Assembly: GCF_030144855.1 (NCBI RefSeq)
Contig: NC_082719.1
Location: 62,682,001-62,746,000 of the forward strand
Origin: Hypanus sabinus
Taxonomy: Eukaryota
Length of the DNA: 64,000 nucleotides
Direction: 5' to 3'
In this document: piece after piece, positions 54,086 through 64,000 of the stretch
Numbering within the stretch: position 1 is the stretch's first letter
Layout of the letters: each line of letters opens with the position of its first letter
The notes under the pieces: model-generated
The model's input: only the letters and a program-made list of their open reading frames with translations
Told to the model about the DNA's origin: nothing
Databases searched by the model: none
Position numbers and translations under genes: made by a program

Positions 54086-54908
54086 GTATGTAGCTATTAA
54101 CATAATAACTGTGGATGTGCAGGATGCATGTGATATGTCAGTGGAAGGATTGGTAATCAGGGGCACAAATTTAAGATAACGGTCAAAATACCAAAGGCAA
54201 ACTAGAAGAGACATGTCCTTCAGAAATAATTACAGCTATTTTGGGAAATTTGCAAAGTGATATATTTAAGCGTGGGTAATTTAACAAAGGAAATATTGTA
54301 AATGGAAGGAAAATTCATTTCAGCTTTTGATGGCAAATGATACCAAGTGTAATTATATATTGTCTGTTATTCTTCCGACAGAGGCATCCTGACCTAAATC
54401 TTTCAGGCATTTTCTGTTTATGTTTTAGATGTTCAGTATCTGTAATTTTGATTTTCACATATTTGTATATTGCTTATATGAACTTGTTTTACATTTGGGT
54501 TTGTGAAGGAGTGTGGATGGAGAGGTGTGGGTGTTGGTGGGTGTTTTAAGGCTTCCTTCTATTATCAGGGCTTGAACAAAACATAAAACTTCAAGTCGAT
54601 CAGGGCCTCAAGCAAAGAACTTGAAGTATCTATTTTGCTAGGACAGCAAATGTTGGTCATTATAATTAACTATATATAAATATGGTGCATGCCGCAAAAT
54701 AATTTAAAGTATGTTGCTTCATAATAATGTACACAATGTAGAGTTTATTCTACTTTATAATATTACTGGAATGATTATATGCCTTTAGTGTACCTTTTTT
54801 GTTGTATAGTTTGTGCAGTAAACTGGTTTGAATTGGACAGGAAAAAATGTTTGTTACTTGATTATACGCAAGTTAACATTTTACTTTCTATGCTTAAATG
54901 TTTTGAAG

Positions 54909-55187
54909 CATATTATCCGCTGTGATGAAGATGAAAACCACGATGCATCCATGTATTGTACTGTGTGTGCAACTCATCTTTGTGCAGACTGCTCCCAATT
55001 AACACACTCTACACGGACGTTGGCCAAACATCGAAGAGTACCTCTGGCTGACAAACCACATGAGAAGACCATGTGCTCTCAACACCAAGTGCATGCAATT
55101 GAATTTGTTTGTTTAGAAGAAGGATGTCAATCAAGTCCCTTGATGTGCTGTGTATGCAAGGAATATGCCAAGCATCAAGGACACAAG
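54909..55187 (+). CDS. TRIM23: TRIM23 exon 4, B-box region (HIIRCDEDENH...KHQGHK, 279 nt)
   Basis: aag acceptor, gtatt donor; Cys/His-rich B-boxes inside ORF 54828..55232. Confidence 0.96.
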
Positions 55188-57157
55188 GTATTTATAGTTT
55201 TAATGTGTTGCGTATATATTCTATATTTTTAAACCTTGTCTTGCATCATAATATTTAGAGTGGAAGTAATAAATTAACATATAAGATAGTTTTGTACAGG
55301 ATGTATGGATTAAACTTGGGAATGTTTAAGCATTGAATCCAGTGTAAGACTAGTGAAATATTGTTTCTTTTCAAGCTTAACATGATTGCTATATTTTAAA
55401 AAACCTTGGAAGAGTGATTACTTGATTCTTTCTCCTCTTCAGTAAGATAATATAATGTAATTTGTGTCTAATTTGGGTGACAAAGAGCTCCTGAGGCCTG
55501 ATACGCTTTTTATCAATGACATTTGATTATTCAACCTTTTACTGCATTATTTTCTCTAATTCAAAATCAATTTTTAAAATTTAGTATTCTACCTAAAAAT
55601 ACAATTGCACTAATTTCCAAGAAATTTTGAGTGGGGGAATGGTCACTACATGGTTAAATGCCATAATATGTACTGTGGGGCCACCTGTGTTATAAATGGA
55701 CTCTGTTTCTCTACTTCACATCATAAACTTGCTCAATAAAACAACCATGTACCAGCCTCCAGTAGCTAATTTCAAACTTTTACTATTCTCCAAAAAATGT
55801 TTTTTTTATCTGCTTCACCTGGGTGTGGCTGTTTTACACAATCGCAAGTACAGATCATCCAAGTTTCTTGTAGAGAGGCATTTTTGATGTTTAAAGGGAC
55901 CTGGACTTACTTGTGCATAAATAACAGAAAGATGATGTACAGTTTAGGAGGTAATTAGGACGGTAAATGGTGTAGAAGAATAAAGGTGCCTTATTATGTA
56001 GGATCTTGCTGAGACCATAATCTGGAAAAAAACAACATACAGTTTTGATTCCCTAACTAAAGAGGGAGACATTGGTAATAAAAGGAATGCATTGAAAATT
56101 CACTAGACTGGTTCCAGGAATACTGGGTTTGTCTATGAGGATAAATAATAGGTTTGGCTCTATTTTCTAGTGTTTGGAAGGATAAGAGGTGATCTCATCA
56201 TTGAGAGTTACAGAATTCAGAATTTAGCAGAGCATATGAAAAATGAGTCAAAAAACAAGAACTTTAGGATTTAAGAGGGTAATGGATCTTTGGAAATCTG
56301 TTTTGGGAGCACCGTGGAGACTGGAATTGGTTGCACTGAAAACTGAAATTGAATTTTGAATGGTGGAATAACCAAGATATCTGAATAATGCAGATGAATG
56401 GAGTTGATGTACAAGGTCAGCTATGATGCTGAATAGCAGAGCCAGCTTGAAGGGCCAAATGGTCTGCTTCTATTGTTATTTTTGAAGTTCGTATGGCTTT
56501 CACCTCAGATATACGTTGTTATGGTTGCTTTCTTTCCAGACTTGAGTTTCATCACAAATCAGTTGCCATTTCCCTACTAATCACTCCTGCTACTTCAATT
56601 TGTATGGAAGCAGAATATGTGTGCAATTGACTTGATAAGCAGCTGATCTTGTTCTGGAAATGATCTTGGAAATTGATGACTAATTAGTTAAATTTGATAA
56701 TTTAACGTGTTAGCAGCATTTGTAACTGAAAATCTTATCCCTAATCTTTAAATTAGTTCCTATATATGATCATTTATTCAAATTTTTTTTCTTGGAAACA
56801 AATGTCACTGATGATGTAAATATATAAAGTAACTGTCATTTGTTAGAAACTGAGCCAGTTGAATCTTTGCCGCTGGTAATGCTGAGATACTATTCTAAAA
56901 GTTGTTCAGGAACCTTGGGCATATTCTGACTAAACTATGACATACAGTAACTGTAGTAATCTTGAAAAATTAATCCACTTCTTGCTGCTAAGAAATGGGT
57001 TTAAACTGAATAATCTAGAAAAATACTATTTGGCTTTGTGCAATTGAAAAATGATTTATTGGTAGGAGTTTGTATTAAGAACTCTAAGTAGAAGTGAAGA
57101 ACATTGCTTAGTGATACTGTCTTTGTAATCCATGTTTTATTTTTTTCTAAATCACAG

Positions 57158-57340
57158 AATATACTCTTAGAAACAGAAGCAGATCAAATCCGTGCATCCA
57201 TTTTGGATATGGCACACTGCATTCGCAGTTTTACAGAGGAAATCTCTGACTATTCCAGAAAACTAGGTGAGATTATTCAGAAAGTTGAAGGAGGAGAACA
57301 AATAGTAGAGAACAGAATTGGAATGGCTCACACTGAACAT
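57158..57340 (+). CDS. TRIM23: TRIM23 exon 5 (NILLETEADQIRASILDMAHC...GMAHTEH, 183 nt)
   Basis: cacag acceptor, gtaagt donor; peptide match. Confidence 0.96.
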
Positions 57341-57627
57341 GTAAGTCTAATGCATCTCTTAAGGGATTTAGTGTTTTGTCTATTATTTAAATATGATGGA
57401 TTTCTTTATAGATTTACCAGAGCACTATTTCCATAAATATTTTCCATTGCTTAATTTTAGTGTGATTAAATATTGTCATATTCAACTTCAAGTTTATTGT
57501 CATTTAGTCATATACATGTTACATGGGGGGATAAACAACGTTCTTCCAGACCAAGATACACTGCACAGTATGTAACTCACACACAACACAAAGTAATATT
57601 ACCACAAATAATAATAAAAAGTTATAC

Positions 57628-57843
57628 TGTGGCGACCCACTTTCTGCGCAGGCGAACCGGCTCACAAGTAGCCAGCGCGCGGGGGGAGACTTTGGTAATG
57701 CATATCCGACGTCATTTCTGCCTGGAGAGGGCGGGCGCTAGGGATTTAAATGCCAGCACTGCGAAGTTTGAATAAACTAGTCTTGAAACGACTTACCGAC
57801 TGCATGTCGTTATTTGAGCGCTGTTGTGTAGCACATCGCTACA
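57628..57843 (+). mobile_element. Solo LTR (216 bp) in TRIM23 intron 5
   Basis: TGTGGCGA...TCGCTACA inverted termini, internal AATAAA, flanks ATAC/GTAC; CpG-rich. Confidence 0.8.
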
Positions 57844-58405
57844 GTACCTTTGTTTATTGACAACTCATCAGGTTAATTGTGAAAGGTTGGCAATTGCTTC
57901 ATCGACTCGTCTAATAATCTGATAAGTGATCCTATTTGTTTGCCTGCTTGCATATCATACTTCCATTATTAGTAAAGATAGGATTTAGTTAACTGTCTTA
58001 ACATTACCAGAATGAATAAGCACAATTTAAGGATTTAAGTGAAAGTGATAGATTTTTAAATGTTGATTTGCTCTGTTGCTTAATAATGGTAGAATACTTC
58101 GTTAATTTCCCAGGTTTTGCAAGGGCCTCTGGAGTGGTTAATAAAATTACATTGGGAAATAATGCAAAAAAAAAGGAGATAATGGGGAAAAGAGAATAAT
58201 ATAAAAATTGCTTCTCTTTTAAATCACAGAAATACAAGACTAGAGTGAAGTTTGCTTGCTGCCTCTAAAATTTATATTTGTCAATTGACAGTTAATGACA
58301 CCAATGATACCTGTAATAATGAGCATATCCCACAGTTGATTCTGCAATGTTTCTGTAATGAATAAGGGCCTCAATAATAGTGTAACCCTGTTTGCCCTTT
58401 TGTAG

Positions 58406-58621
58406 GTTCCAGGTACTGCTGAGAATGCACGATCCTGTGTTAGTGCATACTTTGCAGAATTGCATGAAACACTGTGTCGACAGGAGGAAATGGCATTAAG
58501 TGTAGTTGATGCACATGTGCGAGAGAAGTTGATATGGCTAAGACGACAGCAAGAGGACATGACAATTTTGCTATCTCAGGTTTCAACAGCTTGTCTCCAC
58601 TGTGAAAAAACATTACAGCAG
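58406..58621 (+). CDS. TRIM23: TRIM23 exon 6, coiled-coil (VPGTAENARSC...CEKTLQQ, 216 nt); ARF-domain exons lie beyond the window
   Basis: gtag acceptor, gtagg donor; peptide match. Confidence 0.96.
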
Positions 58622-59639
58622 GTAGGTGGTAAAACTATGAAGCACATTTTGTGTTACTCAGAACACAATAACAAATTTAACCGAAGACTTCCATTTGCTG
58701 AAGTATTGTAGTCTTGGAGGAAGGTTGGCTCACTTTTTTAACAAATGGATTACAAGTTGAAATTTTTTCCTGAATAGTCTTTATGAAGGACTAGCAGATA
58801 GGTAGAATAGTATAGGCCTTTTGACCCATGATCTTGTGTCAGCCATTTAACCTACTCCAAGATTAATCCAATGCTTCCCCCCACATAGCCCTCCATTTTT
58901 CTTTCATCCACGTGCTTATCTAAACGTCATGTATCTTCCTAATGTATCCACCTCCACATTATGGTAATGCATACCATACATTTATTACTGTTTCTTTTAA
59001 TTCTACCTCTGACCTTTCCCCCTCATATACTTTTCTCCAGTCACCTTGAAATTATGCCCTTTTGTATTAGCCGTTTCTGCCCTCAAGGAAAAGGCGCTGG
59101 CTGTCCACTCCATCTGTGCCTTGTCCATTTTTATATACCTTTATCAAGGCACCTCTCATCCTTCTTCACTCCAAAGAGCCCCAGCTTGCTAAGCATACTC
59201 TCTAATCTAGGCAGCATCCTGATCAACCTACTCTGCACCCTCTTTAAGGCTTCCATATCTTTCTGGAGGCAACTAGAATTGAACACAATATTCCAAGTGT
59301 GGTCTAATTAGTTTTATAGAGCTACAACATTACCACACAGTGTTTGAACTCAACTAATGAAGGTCAATACAACATATACAACATACAACCCTATCCTGAT
59401 ATTCACTTTTCTTTTACCGCTCCTTGCATTTACTGCTTCCGAGAAAATTGTGGATTTGATTGTGGATTACATAGGAAAATAATAAATATTAGGGGCATTG
59501 ATCCCATAGCCCATTAATTCTGCTCTGTCTTTCTGAGCTGACCTAATCTTTGACTCATTTCGCCCTTTCCTATCTATGCCTCCCTCCCTCCCTGATTCTT
59601 CTGTTCTCTAACAATCTTGAATATACTTAGAATTGCAGT

Positions 59640-60355
59640 CAACAGGATGAGTTGCAATGTAAAAGGTGGACAAGTTCGAGAAGGGTGAATACTGGACTGA
59701 AGGTGTTAGATTTTAATGCACAAAGTATACGGAATAAGATGAACTTGTAGCACAGTTGTAGATTGGCACGTACGATGATGTAGGCATCACTGAATCTTGG
59801 TTGAAAGAAGATTATAGCTGGGAGCTTAATGTCTAAAGATACACACTGTATCGAAAGGACAGGTAGGCAGGCAGAGTGGGTGGTGTTGCTCTATCTGTAA
59901 AAAAGTGAAATCAAATCATTAGAAAGAGGTGACATAGGGTTAGAAGGTGTTGAATTGTTGTGGGCAGAGCTAAGGAACTGCAAGGGTAAAAACATCCAGA
60001 TGGCAGTTAAATACAGATCCCAAACAGTGTGGTGTACAAATGTGGTGTACAAATTACAATGGGTGATAGAAAAGGCACACCTAAGGGGCAATATTGCAAT
60101 AGTCATGGGAGATTTCAAAATGCAGGTAGATTGGGTAAATCAGGTTGGTTCTAGATTCCAAGAGTGGGAATTTCTAGAATGCCTACGATTTTTTTTTTAA
60201 GAGCAGCTTGTGGTTGAGCCCATGAGGGGATCAGCTGTTCCGGATTTGGTGTTGTGCAATGAACTGGAATTGATTAGAGTTTAAGGGAAAAGAACCCTTG
60301 AGGGAAAGTGATTGTAATATGATTGAATTCACCCTGACATTTAAAAAGAAGAAGC
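59640..60355 (+). mobile_element. CR1 APE-endonuclease fragment
   Basis: GITESWL, LWAELRNCKG and VMGDF motifs. Confidence 0.85.
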
Positions 60356-62262
60356 TGGCTCATGGACCTCCAGTTTCCTCCTGCTGTAGTCAACAATCAG
60401 TTCCTTGGTCTTGTTGACATTGAGTGAGAGGGTGTTGTTGTGGCACTGCTCAGCCAGATTTTCATTCTTTGTCCTTTATGCTGATTTGTCTCCACCTTTG
60501 ATTTGGACAATGACAATAGTTTTGCTAGCAAACTTAAGTATGGAGTTGGAGTTATGCTTAGCTTCACATCGTAAGTGTGAGGTGAGAAGAGCAGAGTGCT
60601 AAGCACAGTCTTGTGCCCCTGTGCTGATGGTAATTGTGAAGGAGGTGTTGCCATGCCAAAACTGACTGGGTCTGCAAGTGAGGAAATCAAGGATCCAGTT
60701 GCACAAGGATGTTTTGAGGCCTCGGCTTTGAACCTTATTGATTAGCTTTGAGCAGAAGATGGGATTGAATGCTGAACTGTAGTCACTGAAGAGCATCCTG
60801 ATGTATGTGTTTTCACTGTCCAGATGTTCCAGCGTTGAGTGAAGTGCCAATGAAATGGCATCTGTTGTTCCCATATTGGTGCAGATCCAAGTTGATTCTC
60901 TGGCAGGAGTTGATTATGTTTCATCTCCAACCTCTTAAAGCACTTAATTGCAGTAGATGCAAGTGCTACTGGACAGTAGTCATGGAGGCAGCTTACTAGG
61001 TTGTTCTTAGGCACTCTGGTATAATTGAAGCCCACTTGAGACAGGTGGTACATCAGACTGACGATAAGAGGTGAAAGTTTTCAGTGAACACTCTCGCCAG
61101 TTGATCAGCACATACCTTTAGTATTCTGCCAAATGCATTCCTTGGGTTCACCTTCCTGAAGAATGCTCTTGCAGTAGCCCCAGAAACTGAAATCACAGAG
61201 CTGTTAAGGGTTGTGGAAGTTCATGAAAGTGCCTCCACTTTCCACTGATGGTCAAAATGAGCATAAAAGGCATTGAACCCATTTGGGAGCAAAACCTTGT
61301 CACCTTATGTTGCTTAGTTTCACTTTGTCGGAAATGATATAATTCAAGTCCTGCCACGGCTGTTGAGTGTACTTCAATGACTCAAGTTTGGTCCAGAATT
61401 GCTGCTTTGCATGTGAGGTTATTTTCCAGAGTTCGTACCTTGACCTCTTGTAGTTTACTTGTCGCCACACCTGAACACCACTTATCTGGCCCTCAGCAGA
61501 TTGTGGATCTCCTGCTTGGGGAATACTCCAAATGACTTTGTGGGGACATGATCATCTACAACTGTTTTTGTAAAGTACCATGACAACCGTGGCATATTCG
61601 TTTAAATCCTCTCGAGTCCCTGAACCCTGCCCAGTCCACTGACCCGAAGCAATCATATAGCTGCTTCTCTGCTTGCTGTGATCACCTCTTTGTTGTCCTT
61701 ATCTCTGGGTCTTGCTCTTTAGCCTCTGCATGTATACAGGTAGAAAGAGGACAAGCAGATGGTCAGATATCCCATTCTAGTTATGGAACGGTGGGTATTC
61801 CTAATCGTAGTTTAGTAGTGGTCGAGATTGTTGGGACACTTCGTGCGGCAGGTGATGTATTGATTACATTGGACAAGGAGCTCTTCAAACAAGCCTGACT
61901 GAAATCCCCAAGAATGACTTGAAAGGCATCAGCGTAGGTTGTTTCTTGTTTGCTGATCGAGGCACTCAGTACATATGGTGCTTGCTTAATATTGGCCTCT
62001 GGCAGCATGTAAATTGGTAGAATATGGTCAACACTTAATCATTAGATGTTCCAGGTTAGGGGAACAAAATTGAGACAAGACAATTATTGAGCACCACAAA
62101 GAGTGTATCATGACACAGAGACCCCCATCTTCTGCTTTTTTCAAGTCAGCAGTATGGTCCATCTGGTGAATCAAGAAGACCTCGGGTCTTACCGACATAT
62201 TCGATTTGTCCAGAGTGAATGATGTCTCTGTGAAACAGACATTGCAGCAATCCCTCATTTGC
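60355..62262 (-). mobile_element. Degraded Rex1/Babar-like LINE (APE plus RT)
   Basis: CFTET, ILGDF, CL.DY.PVALAS..IKCF and MLF.DYSSAFN in fragmented ORFs. Confidence 0.85.
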
Positions 62263-63049
62263 TAGCAAGCTGCTAGTTAGAGGAAATTTTACACCTTGAC
62301 ATTTTAGTTTGGCTTGCACTCTTGGTATCCTCCCTCTCTACTGGCCGTGACAATGTACTTTCGTTTGTTTAAAAGTGCTGTACCTGCATTCCTGAGCGTT
62401 AAGGCCATGGTGTCCTTCAGAAGATGATAAAATTGCTAGTTTGTTAAGACACTTCAAATGTGCATTACTTAAAGTGAAATTACAGGCTGCAGATTGCAGT
62501 GAGAGTAGTTCAGAGGAAGTATATTTAGAAGTTTTGTAAGTTTCCCACAAGGCATTGCCATGCTTCACCAATGCTATCTTGACTGTTTTCGCGCATTGAA
62601 CTATTTTCCCACATTTGTCAACTGCTTGTTCACTCACTGTACCCATCTACCTGTATGACCCTTTGCTGCTGCTTTGTTTTCTCCTCACTTGTTAACCATC
62701 TATTTTGTATCACATGCAGATTTGGCTGTATTATACTTGGCCCCTTCAATTCAAGTCATCAATATAAACTCTAAAGATTTGAAGTCCCAGCACTGATACC
62801 TGTATAGCCCACTACTTATTAATTGCCAGATCAGATGTAACTATTTACTCCAAATTTACTTTTCATCAGTTACACTGCTACCCGCACCAATATATTACCT
62901 GCACACAACCATGTGCTGTGTGATAATGCTTTGTGACATTGTTTTGAATGCTTTCTGTAAACCAAATTTATTAGATCTACAGCTTCTCCATTATTCACTG
63001 TTGCACCCTTAAAGAATTCTAGCAGATTCGTGAAATGTGATTTCCGTTA

Positions 63050-64000
63050 CATCAAGGCCAAGGAAGTCCACCCCTCCTACAAATGACCAGGTGCTGTGCC
63101 TCACCGTGGGCGACACGAGAAGAACCCTGTGCAAGGTTAACCCACGGAAGGCTGCTGGACCAGACAACATCCCTGGTAGAGTGCTTAGAGGATGTGCAGA
63201 CCAGCTAGCAGATGTTCTCACTGACATCTTCAACATCTCCCTGAGCAGCGCCACCATTCCAACGTGTTTCAAGGCCTCCACCATCGTCCCTGTGCCGAAG
63301 AAGTCTTCAGTGTCCTGCCTCAATGACTACCGTCCCGTTGCACTCACATCCATCATCATGAAGTGTTTCGAGAGGCTCATCATGAGGCATATCAAGACCC
63401 TGCTGCCCCCTTACTGAACCCCCTGCAGTTTGTGTACCGTCCCAACCACTCAACAGATGATGCCATTGCCACCACCCTCCACCTGGCCCTAACCCACCTG
63501 GACAAAAAAGACACATACGTTCGGAGGCTGTTCATATTCTTCAGTTCAGCATGCATCTCTCAGAAACTGATTGGAAAGCTGAGCCTACTGGGCCTGAATA
63601 CATCCCTCTGCAACTGGATCCTAGACTTCCTGACTGGGAGACCTCAGTCAGTCCGGGTCGGGAGCAGCATCTCCAAAACCATCACACAGAGCACGGGGGC
63701 CTCACAGGGCTGTGTGCTCAGTCCACTGCTGTTCACTCTGCTGACCCATGACTGTGCTGCAACACACAGCTCGAACCATATTATCAAGTTCGCCAATGAC
63801 ATGACCGTCGTGGGTCTCATCAGCAAGAACGATGAGTCAGCTTACAGAGAGGAGGTGCAGTTGCTAATGGACTGGTGCAGAGCCAACAACCTGTCTCTTA
63901 ATGTGAAAAAAGCAAAAGAGATGGTTGTTGACTTCAGGAGGGCACAGAGCGACCACTCCCCGCTGAACATCAACGGCTCCTCGGTAGAGATCGTAAAGAG
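63050..64000 (+). mobile_element. Young Rex1/Babar LINE running off the window edge
   Basis: [13 protein letters not shown] and [21 protein letters not shown]; closely similar to 50508-51000 over the shared part. Confidence 0.92.

Overview
Vertebrate genomic DNA, most likely a cartilaginous fish (ray or shark); this is inferred from the CR1, Rex1, Penelope and V-SINE repeat mix. The window holds the conserved TRAPPC13-SHLD3-TRIM23 cluster. TRAPPC13 coding exons 1-7 lie on the minus strand (26192 down to 2686; the gene continues off the left edge). SHLD3 (shieldin subunit 3) has an uninterrupted 244-aa ORF nested in TRAPPC13 intron 1 on the same strand. TRIM23 coding exons 1-6 lie on the plus strand (43125-58621; the gene continues off the right edge). 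All 13 TRAPPC13/TRIM23 exons have GT-AG boundaries and join in frame. The rest is mostly transposable elements: a near-intact CR1 ORF2, an IR/DR Tc1 element, Rex1/Babar LINEs, hAT and Tigger-like MITEs, four solo LTRs and Penelope remnants, often nested. Main points of interest: (1) SHLD3 appears to be expressed behind a TRAPPC13-derived uORF and a uATG-rich leader; (2) a candidate alternative TRAPPC13 first exon; (3) five decayed minimal hammerhead-ribozyme motifs in Penelope repeats; (4) an inverted CR1 pair bracketing TRAPPC13 exons 2-5; (5) a 17-kb TE-filled spacer where mammals have a compact bidirectional promoter. No prokaryotic features or CRISPR arrays are present. Gene identities rest on recalled protein sequences, not on database searches, and boundaries of old repeats are approximate.
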